Below, in pieces: positions 1 through 11,808 of a stretch of 64,000 nucleotides of DNA. The position numbers were made by a program, and so were the translations under genes. The stretch is from positions 52,888,001 through 52,952,000 of the forward strand of contig CM097885.1 of assembly GCA_044892525.1 (NCBI GenBank), in the 5' to 3' direction. This DNA comes from Schmidtea polychroa (taxonomy: Eukaryota). The notes under the pieces were generated by a model, which did not search any database, was not told the origin of the DNA, and was given only the letters and a program-made list of their open reading frames with translations. Each line of letters opens with the position of its first letter. Position 1 is the stretch's first letter.

Positions 1-40
1 ATTTTTAACGTATAGTGTATAATTGTTATTATTTTCTTAG

Positions 41-178
41 AAATGCAGAATAACGTCATTGCTTGTGCTATAATGGTTTTAATATGCAGTTTATTTGCAT
101 TTGGATTAGCGCTTGCCAGCTTAATTTGGCAATTAGTTCTATGTGGAATGGTAGCGTCAGTTCTGTTTGCCATGTCAG
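41..178 (+). CDS. Internal exon of a claudin/PMP22/EMP-like tetraspan membrane protein gene (gene begins upstream of the window)
   Basis: ttcttAG|...TCAG|GTaag; 138 nt, phase 1-1; translates MQNNVIACAIMVLICSLFAFGLALASLIWQLVLCGMVASVLFAMS (two hydrophobic helices). Confidence 0.75.
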
Positions 179-3100
179 GTAAGATGACAACTTAAATATT
201 TCAAGTAAATATGATTGTAATTTAATTTTAAGAGTTTTATGCTTATTATAATTTATATATAATTTATATAAGTTTAATTTTTCAAATTTTTTAATTTTAC
301 TTTTACATGATTTTAAATTAATATGTTGAATATATAAATTAATATCTGGAAAATATAAATAAATAAAAAGAAAATATAAATCAATGTGTTAAAAAAATAA
401 ATTAATATAAATCGATATAAATAAAATATAAATCAATATAATATTTTCTGTTTCATACAAAAACTACAATACAAATCATATATTATTTATTAACCATATT
501 ATCACTAAGCGTATATTGTTATTAATTAATTAAAAGACAACTTTATCCAGGAATTATTATTTAATGTAAATTTACGTATAAATAAAAAAAATACTTTGTT
601 TTTTTAGTATTATTGAATCAAGAAAAATTATTGTAATATATTTTAAATATATTTTTAATATATTTTAAACTAATAATTATTGTAATATAAGTAATTATTT
701 CCTTCACTGATTTGTCTGATAAAATATGTTATAAATAATGTTTGCAGTAAATCAATAAAATATCTCCGTATTCTTTCTTCTTTCTTTCTGTACACTTTAC
801 TTTTCTAAGATATTGATTTAATTTTATTTTTTTTAAACTAAAAGTACAGAAAATCCAACAGAAACACTCAATGGAATTCCAGACGTTCTGCAATTCAAAG
901 GTGATGCTTATTTAAAATTAAGTAATAATCTTCAAATAATATCGAAATGATTATTCATGGATTCCGAATATTTCAGAATGAATCCAGTCTAAATGCAGTA
1001 AAATTTTAAGCCTAACCTTAGCATGATATTTTGTAATTTTCATGAGACCTTAACGCAGATTCTTCATAAATGAATTTCAAAAATTTTCCCAACGATATTT
1101 TTTTCTCAAAATCGTGTGAAATAGCGTTATTATAGAAACGTTTCTCAGCGACGCGTTTCTATATATTGAAAGTTTGCATCTATTTTTTTTAGTATGTGTT
1201 GTGTTTGTTTGCAGGATTGGATTTTTCTACCACTTTTTCGATTTCTATAGTGTAAAGCATATCTCATCTAATTATCAATGAGAACATCAACGTGAAATCA
1301 AAGTGAGTTTGTATGTTTGTATGATTTTTTTTCTTATATTATTGGAAGCGTATCTCAATGGTTTCTGGTGTATTGCTTTTTTATGACTTGTGAAATATCA
1401 AAATTTAGAGTTTTGGTTTTAAAGATGGAATCCTTTAAAAAGCTATTGAATTTTTATGGAAGTTAAGGTTAGGTCATATGTTTATGAATTTCCTTGATGC
1501 ATGTTTTAAACTTAGTATTATCAACTCCAGAAAATATATATAATATATATAAATATATATAAATATATATAAATATATATAATATATATAAAAAATATAT
1601 AAATATATAATAAATATATAATATACCATGCTAAAAACTCTCAATTCTTAAGAAAAAAAATTGTAAATTTTTTTTGCCTCCATACAGCCCCAAATCAAAT
1701 CCGGTTGAGGAATGTTTTTCTATGGTTAAAACGAAATATTACATTTTCAGATCATCTGCATCGAATTCCAAGCAAATAAGAGCAATTTTTACAAATAAAA
1801 TCGAAAATATAAACCGAGATCAAAACAACTAAAGTTTTTATGGCTATATGAGAACTTGTTTAAAACAAGAATTCAAAAATATTAATTGAATAAAAATTGT
1901 TCTTATTGAAATTAATATTTTATAGTTACCTTGTATGCAATCAAGAATGTTTTTGTGTTGACATTGTGTTTGTGCAAGTTTTTTACTATTTGTTTTATAT
2001 TATTCTTCAATGTAGATTTTTTATTTATATTTGTTGGGGTTAGTACAAAAACCAAAAATATGTATATATATAAAGAAAGCATAACAAATATTGGTAAAAT
2101 TAATAAAAGTGCAAAATTAATTAAAACTTACAAAAAATAAAAAATCAATATTGAAAGCGGATGTCACATTGTAATATTATAATACGGTTTGTATATTTAA
2201 AGATTTTATAGAATTATTCATGTTTAATAATAATGAGTTCTGGAAGGTATTTAAGTGATTAACGAAGTCAAGGATACTTTGTAAATTATATAAAACATCT
2301 AATGCTATCATGTTTTAGTCATTCTTTCTAAGTAAATAGTTTGGATCTCTGAATAATTTCTTGATGTATTCGGTATTTTCAAATTCAAGGATCTTAAAGG
2401 TACTTCTATTTCTATTTTATTTACATGAAGAATTAACGAGACTTAAAGATTTTAATAATATTTACATTTTTAATTCCAATTTCTTTTCTCAACTTTTTTT
2501 TACAATTATTCTGAATATGATTTTGTTCTTTTTTAATTATAACTAGATCTTTAATATCCATTTGTGTTTCGTTTGTTATAGAATCCTTGTCGATTTCCAA
2601 ATAAATAAGTTTTTATATCACCTTATGGCATAAAACTTTATTAAAATTTTTAAACTAAAAGTAATTGTCATTTTCATCTTTTTATTAAGTTTCACAATAT
2701 AAATTATCAAAACAAAAAGCAATTATTTGCATTATGACTAGATAAAAAATTAATTTGTTTGGGAAATAGGAAGATTAACTTTTCATTTATATTTATAAAT
2801 AAAATTAATGAAAAATCAAAAGAAAAATAAAATAAGAAACAAATGCAGTTAGTAATAGTAGATTTAAGCAGCATTATTGACATTGCATTATCTAACTATT
2901 TCTATGCTCCTCATCCTTAGGAAATGTTAAACTTAATCTCGCACGTCTGCAGAAGTAAATTAGAAAATTTAACAGTTTTTTGAACTGTAGAAAAAAATAT
3001 TAATTTGTAATTTATATTTAGGACATAATGTAAATTAAATTTTTTTGAAATATAACCCCTTCTGAATGAGGGCATCTCTGCATTAACTCTTTCTTTACTT

Positions 3101-3229
3101 ACTCAGAAGTGTTAAATCTAAGCAAATCTTATTGTATCATTAAAATTCTTGAAAACATTCCATTTTTAAAAATTTATACCAGAATTTATTTTAAATAAAT
3201 AAAAATTAATAATAATAATAACAAAAACA

Positions 3230-3719
3230 ATAAAGTGATAATTTAAGCCATTTGCTGCGAATAATGTATTTAATGAAAAAATTTACGACTATAAGAAAGT
3301 CCTTGTTGCGGCAGATGGGGATGAAGTTCAAAATCTCGCAGTATATAACCACTCGAAATCTTACGCTTCCCCGACCGGAAAGTAAGTCGTCTACAAACGA
3401 TTTAATGCCAACACGTAAATCATTAAAAATGATTCAAACATCCAAACTATTTTCATAGAATGGTTAGAGTTTAAATATATGGCTAAGCCACATCCACTAA
3501 CTTGCGTTAATGAATAATAATATTGCCTCATTACGAGGATGGCACAAAATAATATGATTTTTAGGCGAGATTCAGACTTAGCGGCGTTCAGTCTTAATCT
3601 CTCGGATGGTAGCTTCGTGTCACTTACCTTTCGATCAAGCACATTTACCAATGATCCGAATCTGCGGTTCCTCTCGTAATGAGCAGAATTAATATTATCA
3701 TGACCAATTATATAGTCGC

Positions 3720-3760
<41 letters not shown>

Positions 3761-3809
3761 ATTCCCTACTAGTGGGTGAACAATCCAACGCTTTGCGAAT
3801 TCTGCTTCG

Positions 3810-3841
<32 letters not shown>

Positions 3842-3925
3842 CAAGATTGACAAGGACTATTTTAAAGTCGAAAGTTTTTTCATTAAATAAATTATTCGCA
3901 GCAAAAGGATTAAATTATCACTTTA
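3230..3925. repeat. Inverted ~75-80 bp Penelope-type terminal repeats flanking the 28S fragment
   Basis: 3230-3305 is the imperfect reverse complement of 3848-3925; the same family recurs at ~13505, 16893, 25040, 43720, 44620 and 46003, often next to (AAT)n. Confidence 0.75.
3305..3841 (-). rRNA. 28S: Dispersed 3'-terminal fragment of 28S rRNA (pseudogene copy)
   Basis: Reverse complement contains conserved LSU motifs GATCCTTCGATGTCGGCTCTTCCTATCATTG, GGATTGTTCACCCACTA, GAGCTGGGTTTAGACCGTCGTGAGACAGGTTAG, the sarcin-ricin region ACGAGAGGAACC and TTTGTAGACGACTT; no other rDNA nearby. Confidence 0.93.
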
Positions 3926-3932
3926 TAATAAC

Positions 3933-4023
<91 letters not shown>

Positions 4024-4039
4024 TAATAATAAAAATAAA

Positions 4040-4103
<64 letters not shown>

Positions 4104-4104
4104 T

Positions 4105-4572
4105 AAAGTAATGGTGTAAAATATTTTTGTCGGATGTCTCACTTGAATAAAATAAACAGTACAAGCTTTTGGGATTTGCACTGGGTATCACAAAGCTTGT
4201 ACTGTTTATTTTACTCAAGTGAGACATCCGACAAAAATATTTTACACCGTTACTTTATAAGTTAAAAATGCCAAAGGTAATCGGATGCACTTGTAAACAG
4301 TTTCTGTGTATCGACTAATTTTTTAGTCCGCAGAGGTGATTATGATTTTTCATACGCCATGTTTACAAGTTTACAGATTTTTTCTGTGACCAAGCTATTT
4401 TGCAAGCGATGTAATTTCCAGTGTACCGGGGAAAGTATGCAATAAAGTTAAATCAACAATATTGGCGCGAAGAGAAATCTTCGTGTCTCCTGCATAGTAC
4501 TGATGAGAGCCAAAAGCTCGAAACTAGTCTTCTATTGGGATTTGCACTGGGTATCACAAAGCTTGTACTGTT

Positions 4573-4575
<3 letters not shown>
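4105..4575 (+). mobile_element. Non-autonomous Penelope/retrozyme-like repeat between (AAT)n arrays
   Basis: ~65-bp inverted arms at 4105-4170 and 4190-4258; a ~40-bp direct repeat TTGGGATTTGCACTGGGTATCACAAAGCTTGTACTGTTTAT at 4169 and 4535 (366-bp period); contains a hammerhead. Confidence 0.7.
4494..4535 (+). ncRNA. Minimal type I hammerhead ribozyme
   Basis: ATAGTA-CTGATGA-GAGC-CAAAA-GCTC-GAAA-CTA-GTC-TTCTAT: canonical core, 4-bp helix II, palindromic ACTAGT helix III, GUC cleavage triplet, helix I ATAG/CTAT. Confidence 0.85.
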
Positions 4576-4668
<93 letters not shown>

Positions 4669-4912
4669 TGTGAGGAAGATTTAATTATTAGCACAATATA
4701 ATATTATAATAATAAATTACATCTGAATTATTACTATTAAGAAATTAACATATACATATATTAAAGTATTATATTCGTATTATATTATGGCGTACATAAT
4801 TATTATTGTTATTTAGAAATGCTTAATCGTCAATTTAATGATTTGTTTAGTCAAACCGATATTGTTATAATTTTTGAATATAATTTGAATTCGACTTTTA
4901 GTTTTATTTAAC

Positions 4913-6076
4913 ATGGCGACCCTGGCAATAGTGAATAAGATGATTCCGGATGTTTACGACGGAAGACACGAAATCGAAACTTTCATTGAAGAATGTAAGC
5001 GATATTTTCAGTTATGTGGGTTAGATCAAGATAACCAAAATATGATGATAAAATGCCTTATTTCAAGAGATATTTTACCGATTTATGAAGCCGTCGATGT
5101 CAAATTTATTAATTTTGAAGATAGACTCAGAGAAGCTTTCAAGAAGCCGTCAACACTGATAGGCGATTTTCTGAACTTATACAATTATGAGAAAGATAAC
5201 GATGCAGCGCCAGTGTTTTTCGAAAAGATTGAGAAAATGGTCGACAAAGTATTGAAACACAAGTGGGATAAAAACGAATTAGTCGCTTATTTTTTGATAC
5301 ATTGTGTCAAAGACAAAGAAATCCAAAAAGAGATCAAGATGCGAGATGCTTTAAAAGTCGAAGAGATCAAGGACGTAATTCGTAAAGTTGATGCTATCAA
5401 CATTGAAGTTTCTAGTATTGCAGTTATGCAAAGAAAAGAAACGTTCGCAAACGTAATAAAGAAACGACAAGGATTTGCCGATATACAAGATCGACAACGC
5501 AATTTTTCAAATGTTCAAGAAAGACGAAATTTTGAACCAAGATTCAATTCTATTCCGCACGCTCAAAGCTTCGATTCTGGAAGGAATACTAATCAACAGT
5601 ATTACCATAGAGACAACAGAGCAAGTGGAAGTCGCGTTGTTACATGTTGGAATTGTCAAGAACTAGGACATTCGAGTCGAGAATGCCCAAAAAAGAAGTG
5701 TTATGGATGTGGAAAAGAAGGACACATGATTAGAGAATGTAAAAATAACAAGATAAATTCAGAATTGAGATGCAACGCTTGTAAGGAATCTGGCCATCAC
5801 CGGGGAGAATGTCCATCGATTTCATGCTCAGGATGTGGAAAACGTGGTCATTTGCGGTTTCAATGTTGGGGAACAGCAGACACACGATCATCAGGAAGAA
5901 ACCAATCTAGAAATTACGAGGATAACAGACGATATCAAGACAGATATGCCGATGGAAGAGTGGCAGCTATGGAAGACCGCGGAAACGAAGCGGAGGATTC
6001 TCAGTCTACCCGAAGTGATGGACACCCAAATGGGAGGGCTCCATCATTAGGCGAGATGATAGGAGCCATGCATTAA
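4913..6076 (+). CDS. gag: Gag with four CCHC zinc knuckles
   Basis: 387-aa ORF with CWNCQELGHSSREC, CYGCGKEGHMIREC, CNACKESGHHRGEC and CSGCGKRGHLRFQC; the real start may be the ATG at 4940. Confidence 0.93.
   Translation: MATLAIVNKMIPDVYDGRHEIETFIEECKRYFQLCGLDQDNQNMMIKCLISRDILPIYEAVDVKFINFEDRLREAFKKPSTLIGDFLNLYNYEKDNDAAPVFFEKIEKMVDKVLKHKWDKNELVAYFLIHCVKDKEIQKEIKMRDALKVEEIKDVIRKVDAINIEVSSIAVMQRKETFANVIKKRQGFADIQDRQRNFSNVQERRNFEPRFNSIPHAQSFDSGRNTNQQYYHRDNRASGSRVVTCWNCQELGHSSRECPKKKCYGCGKEGHMIRECKNNKINSELRCNACKESGHHRGECPSISCSGCGKRGHLRFQCWGTADTRSSGRNQSRNYEDNRRYQDRYADGRVAAMEDRGNEAEDSQSTRSDGHPNGRAPSLGEMIGAMH
6025..6067 (+). promoter_or_regulatory. Predicted -1 programmed ribosomal frameshift signal
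   Basis: Slippery heptamer C CCA AAT in gag phase (6025-6031), 5-nt spacer, stem GGCTCCATCAT/ATGAT-A-GGAGCC; the -1 (pol) frame is open from here. Confidence 0.75.
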
Positions 6077-6096
6077 AAGGTAATAATGATGATTGT

Positions 6097-9000
6097 GTGC
6101 GCCAAGATAAGTATAGTATATTTTTTAATAATAATAGTAATAGTAATTTAGACAGTATGTATAATTTTAAAAGTAGTAATAATAATTTAGACAGTATATC
6201 TAAATCAAATTTAAAGGTAAAAAATATTAGATTTAAATCAGATGTAATTTTAGAAGATAGTATTAAAAACGTGAAAAGTAAATTAAAAAAATATGATGTA
6301 ATAAAGGAAGATAATCAGAGTAACAGTAAGATTATATATGACGTACGAGATAAAACTGATATTAATGATTGTAATTGGATGCGTGATAAAATTAATGTAA
6401 TTGAAAATAAATGTGATCAGAATTGTAAGAAGATAATAAGTATTTGTGAGGCAAAATTAATAAATAGCAGTAAAAGGTTTGTTTATGACGAAACATTGGA
6501 TAAACATATAAATAATATTTCTGTTTTAAATGACGATTTAGAAATTGTATATGATAAGATGGGTGGAAGACCAAGCGTAATAGTTGGGATTAATAGGATT
6601 TATTTCAAACATTGTCTATTGGATACGGGGGCTAGAATGAATGTAATAGATAGCTCGATCATCAAAGAAATAGGTGAGATAGATATTAAACCTCACAATG
6701 AAGGAATTTGGTGTGCAAATGGCAGTCCATTGGAAACATTTGGCAATGTTAAATTGAAGATTCAAATCGGTAACAAAGAAGAGAATGTGATTTTTGTTGT
6801 TGTTAAAAAGGTTTCACCGTCAATTATTGGTGGGATAGATTTACTTCGTCAATTCAACATCAAGTTAATGAAAATAAACGATAGTATAACTGAAAATACG
6901 GAAATAGAAAATAATTTTAATGAAATTTGTAATATTGAGGCAAGATTTAGCAACTCATATAATGATGAGAAAAGATTTAGTCGAGCAATAAAATTATTTG
7001 ATTTAAAAAAAGGAGATAAAATGTATCAGATAATTAATGAAAATAAAGAAGTTTTTATGGCTGATAAATGGGACATTGGAAAAACAGATTTATTATGGCA
7101 CGAAATCAAAACTACTGAGGGCCCAATTTACATGAACCCTAGACGACAACCGGCTCATTTAGAAGAAAAAATTGAGGAAGCTATAAAAAATTTGGAAGAA
7201 AATGGTATTATTAGGAAATGTGATTCGAGTTGGAATACTCCATTGGTATGTGTTTGGAAAAAAGAAAAGAATGACATCAGATTGTGTTTGGATTTTAGAA
7301 ACCTAAATAAAATAACAGAAAGACAAATATTTCCAATGCCTAATATTGAACAAATGTTAGATTCACTCAATGGATCCAAGTTTTATAGTACTATAGATCT
7401 TGGAAGTGCATATTATCAAGTGGAGTTAACAAATAATTCACAAGAAAAAACCGCATTTTCAACAAGGAGCGGACAGTACTGTTTTAATAGAATGCCTTTT
7501 GGAATTGCTGCGGCACCGGCTACATTTCAAAAACTAATGAATATGGTTTTAGGAAAACTTCTGTGGAATACAGCTATTGTATATTTGGATGACATATTAA
7601 TATTTTCTACAAATAAAGAAGAGCATTTTAAAAGAATAAATGAAGTATTAATGAAAATTAAGGAAGCGGGATTACGAGTAAATCCAGAAAAATGTATATT
7701 TTTAACAAATGAGACAAAATTTTTAGGCCATATAATTAATAATGAAGGTGTGAAAGTGGATGAAAATAAAATTGAAGCAATTAAAAATTTTGTAAGACCT
7801 CAATGTTTGAAACAACTAAGAAGTTTTTTGGGGTTGTGTAATTATTATAGAAAATTTATAAAAAATTATTCAATGTTTTCACGAATATTAGAGTCTATAT
7901 GTGGTACGAATAATGAAAAACTTATATGGTCAGAAAAATGTGAAGAAGCATTTGAAGAATTAAAAAATGCATTATCGAAAACACCAGTATTAATATACCC
8001 TAACTTTCAGAAAGAATTTATTTTGGACACTGATGCAAGTTTTGACACAATTGGTGCGGTTTTATCACAGTTAGACGAACAGGGACATGAGCGAGTAATT
8101 GCATATGGTTCGCATTCAATGAATAAGCATGAAATAGGTTATTGTATAACAAGGAAGGAGTTATTGGCCATTTATTATTTTACTCAACATTTTAAACATT
8201 ATTTGTATGGGAAAAAATTTAAATTAAGAACGGACCATAAAGCAATAACATTCATGATGGCAACAAAAAAGCCAATCACGGCACAATTCCAAACTTGGAT
8301 AAATTTTCTTAGCAGTTTGGATATGGATATTTCATTTAGAAAAGGTATGGAACATACCAATGCAGATGCATTATCCCGAGATAAGTGTGGACGATGTACT
8401 CAATGTATGGAAGTTCATGAAAATCCTAAAACAGAAAAAATGAAAACAAGACTTTTAACAATGACAGCTGTTAAGCAAGGTGTGATTTGGCAAAAGGGTA
8501 ATGTTGAGATAGAAAATCAAAAAGAATTAATCATGAAAAATGTAAAAACTAAATTTAAGATTGATGATGATGTTATCATGACAAAAGAAAATAAAATTTG
8601 GATTCCTAAAAACAATCGCGAAAAATTTATCAAAGAAATGCATAAAATCCTATGCCACGCAGGTTGCAAAAAAGTGATTGACTACATAAAAGTAAATTAT
8701 GACATGGATGAATTACAAATGATAACTACAGAAATTATTCAAAATTGTGAATTATGTCAAAAAAGAAAAACACTAACAACTAAAACAAAGGAAACTATAC
8801 TAAAAACGGAAGTGTCGAAACCGTTTGAAACAATTGCTATAGATTTTTGTGGACCTTTGAAAACAAGTGTACATGGGAAAAAGTATATTTTAGGAATTAT
8901 TGATATGTGCACTCGATATATTTCTCTTACAGCAGTTTCTAAGCAAGATGAGAAAACAACAGCGGACACAATAATGAAATTTTGGATTCTAAAATACGGT

Positions 9001-9624
9001 TCTCCTAGGATAATTCAAGTAGATTGTGGGAAGACATTTGAATCAGGTGTGATGAAAGAATTAGCTAAAACCCATAACATAATGCTTCAATTTTCAAGTC
9101 CATACCATCATAGTGCAAATGGATTAATAGAACGGCAATTTCGAACAATAAGAGATTTCATGAGTACCTCAATTAAAGATAGATTAAAAAGCAATTGGGT
9201 AGAGGTATTACCAGAAATTGAATTTGCTTTGAACGCAACCGTACAAAGTACATTAGGGAAAAGTCCAGCGGAAATAGTATTTGGGTTTCGAATAACAAGA
9301 GAATGGCAAAACAAAAAGGAAGTTACTAATGACCGAATTAGAATCATTGAAGAGATACAAGAAAAGCAAAGAAATGTTAAGTACAGAAACGCAGATAGAA
9401 TTAATAGAGAATTTAAAATAGATGACAACGTTTTAGTAAAGATAGACACAAGAAAAAAAGAAGATGATAGATACAGAGGACCTTTTCGAGTGATAAAAAA
9501 ACTACATGATAGAAGTTACGAACTTATGGATAAAGAAGGTAAAACAATGATTCGAAATGTAGAATGGCTAAAGCCTTTTAAACAGGGGGGATGTGAGGAA
9601 GATTTAATTATTAGCACAATATAA
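6097..9624 (+). CDS. pol: Pol polyprotein (protease-RT-RNase H-integrase), probably expressed by -1 frameshift
   Basis: LLDTGA protease, RLCLDFR/YLDD RT, DTDAS RNase H, HHCC plus DDE integrase with GPF motif; Gypsy domain order; ORF ends inside the 3' LTR. Confidence 0.97.
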   Translation: MRQDKYSIFFNNNSNSNLDSMYNFKSSNNNLDSISKSNLKVKNIRFKSDVILEDSIKNVKSKLKKYDVIKEDNQSNSKIIYDVRDKTDINDCNWMRDKINVIENKCDQNCKKIISICEAKLINSSKRFVYDETLDKHINNISVLNDDLEIVYDKMGGRPSVIVGINRIYFKHCLLDTGARMNVIDSSIIKEIGEIDIKPHNEGIWCANGSPLETFGNVKLKIQIGNKEENVIFVVVKKVSPSIIGGIDLLRQFNIKLMKINDSITENTEIENNFNEICNIEARFSNSYNDEKRFSRAIKLFDLKKGDKMYQIINENKEVFMADKWDIGKTDLLWHEIKTTEGPIYMNPRRQPAHLEEKIEEAIKNLEENGIIRKCDSSWNTPLVCVWKKEKNDIRLCLDFRNLNKITERQIFPMPNIEQMLDSLNGSKFYSTIDLGSAYYQVELTNNSQEKTAFSTRSGQYCFNRMPFGIAAAPATFQKLMNMVLGKLLWNTAIVYLDDILIFSTNKEEHFKRINEVLMKIKEAGLRVNPEKCIFLTNETKFLGHIINNEGVKVDENKIEAIKNFVRPQCLKQLRSFLGLCNYYRKFIKNYSMFSRILESICGTNNEKLIWSEKCEEAFEELKNALSKTPVLIYPNFQKEFILDTDASFDTIGAVLSQLDEQGHERVIAYGSHSMNKHEIGYCITRKELLAIYYFTQHFKHYLYGKKFKLRTDHKAITFMMATKKPITAQFQTWINFLSSLDMDISFRKGMEHTNADALSRDKCGRCTQCMEVHENPKTEKMKTRLLTMTAVKQGVIWQKGNVEIENQKELIMKNVKTKFKIDDDVIMTKENKIWIPKNNREKFIKEMHKILCHAGCKKVIDYIKVNYDMDELQMITTEIIQNCELCQKRKTLTTKTKETILKTEVSKPFETIAIDFCGPLKTSVHGKKYILGIIDMCTRYISLTAVSKQDEKTTADTIMKFWILKYGSPRIIQVDCGKTFESGVMKELAKTHNIMLQFSSPYHHSANGLIERQFRTIRDFMSTSIKDRLKSNWVEVLPEIEFALNATVQSTLGKSPAEIVFGFRITREWQNKKEVTNDRIRIIEEIQEKQRNVKYRNADRINREFKIDDNVLVKIDTRKKEDDRYRGPFRVIKKLHDRSYELMDKEGKTMIRNVEWLKPFKQGGCEEDLIISTI

Positions 9625-9835
9625 TATTATAATAATAAATTACATCTGAATTATTACTATTAAGAAATTAACATATACATATATTAAAGTATTATATTCG
9701 TATTATATTATGGCGTACATAATTATTATTGTTATTTAGAAATGCTTAATCGTCAATTTAATGATTTGTTTAGTCAAACCGATATTGTTATAATTTTTGA
9801 ATATAATTTGAATTCGACTTTTAGTTTTATTTAAC

Positions 9836-9922
<87 letters not shown>

Positions 9923-10589
9923 TATAATAATGATAATGATAATTAATCAAATAAAGAAGTCAAAGTTTTAATAATTGAAAATCGCCAACTAAATAAACGC
10001 ACAAAATTGTTATCATTCTCATACAATATTTTTAAATTAATATAAGAAAATCAAGTTCAAATAAAGTTCAGTTTAAATACAAAATAAATTAAGCAACATT
10101 AACATCATCCCAAAGAATAAATCTACAACGTTAAATTATTTAAATACATTCAAAATCCCTGTAAACTTGGTACTTCGAATATTAATTATAGGATTTACAG
10201 ACGTAATTCAGTAGCGGATTAAGGGGGGGGCTGGTCGGGCTAAAGCCAGGGGTCCCCAATTTTTAGGGCCCCAAAAATTTAAAATTAAAAATAAAATTTG
10301 AGTAGCATATTATGCTTTTACAAAAAATTCAAGCTTAAAACTTCTACTATATTGATTACTGTGTTATTACAGTAGGTGTTAAAAACGATGGACTTTTAGC
10401 TGAATTAAAAACATCCATCTTAGAACAAACTATTGGATAACTAAGAATAATTGACGTAATAAAAATAATTACGTCGTAATTAACAATGCCTCGCGCGTTA
10501 CTCGTTCCCAAATTTTTCGCCAAAATCTTAAAATCAGAAATTCTTATTTTTTTTACTGATACACTTCCTACAATGATTACTAATGTGGG

Positions 10590-11420
10590 TTAGTCCATTC
10601 CGCCGGCAATGCTCAAGAACTCGAGTACAGAGATGGCTTGCAATCTCTACAATGTAAGTGGTATTACACCCATTTTATGAAAATTGATAAACTTGTTCTG
10701 AACAAAGACCAACTGGAGTTGTAGACTTATTAGTAAACATGCTACCAGCCTTGCAAGACTTTGAAACAATCTACACGTTTAAGGATTTTATACTTGAATT
10801 CCCTGAAGCCCTCAGAATAAGGTAATACTAAAACGTATCTTTGATCAGTATGCTTAGATCGATTTTTATCACCTTCAAAACTTCACAACGTATTAACTTC
10901 GACATTAATGGGATAAACCTGTGCAACTACTGTGAGTATTCAACATCCATTTATCAAAGGTCTTTTTTGTCATGCGATCAAGAAAATATTTAGAATATCC
11001 ATTTTTAAGAAGCAACACAACTAGAGAATCAAAACTTCTCACATATTTCGCTTGTATTTATATTCACAAAATCTCTCAGGACTAGTATAGAAACCAGTAC
11101 CAGTCGCTTTTCTGTATATTTTAGTCCGATAGTTTTTTTCCTTCCGTCGAATAAGCAGATCTAAAAACGGTATCGTGGACATTTTTTTCTTCACATGTTA
11201 ATTTAATATTCATATGCAAATCATTCATGTAATATAAGAAAGGCCTTACATGCTCACGATTCTCAAACACTAAAAAAATATCATCAACATAGCTTTTATA
11301 CATAGTTGGTTTAATTAAATTGTATGATACGATTTTATTTTCAAAATTTCACATAAAAATAGACGCTATTGTTGGAGCTAATGGGGAACCCATGGCAACA
11401 CCATCTACCTGTTTATATCA
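10590..11420 (-). pseudogene. Degenerate Penelope-like element RT and GIY-YIG fragment
   Basis: Minus-strand YKQVDGVAMGSPLAPTIASIFM, YKSYVDDIF and HLCTRVLEH motifs with stops and frameshifts. Confidence 0.85.
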
Positions 11421-11671
11421 CTTGTAAGATTTATTTATATAAACTATTCATATTTATAGCATTTATTGATCTTCTCTTTTATTTCCATTTTATATCTCTT
11501 CTCATTGTTTCATAATAAAATATATCAAAATCAAACTTTTTTCCAAGAATTTAAAATTAAATTTCCTCTAAAATTCAAAATAAAAGAATAAAAATATTTT
11601 CTAAGTTTTAATAAATAATATTATATATATTTATTTTTTTTTTTTAATATATTTTTTTAATATATTTATTT

Positions 11672-11808
<137 letters not shown>

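Larger units (their letters stand above)
4669..9836 (+). mobile_element. Full-length Ty3/Gypsy LTR retrotransposon (5168 bp) inserted in an (AAT)n array
   Basis: 245-bp LTRs TG...CA at 4669-4913 and 9592-9836, identical on inspection; PBS TGGCGACCCTGGCA (tRNA-Arg-like) at 4914; PPT AAACAGGGGGGA before the 3' LTR; intact gag and pol. Confidence 0.97.

Noticed and set aside
3305..3841. Functional rDNA locus or R-element insertion
   Set aside because: Only ~535 nt of 28S, with no 18S, 5.8S, spacers or R2-type ORF.
3772..4684. Poly-I/Y/L/N ORFs (also 25133-25442 and 27384-27590)
   Set aside because: Translations of (AAT)n and (TA)n microsatellites.
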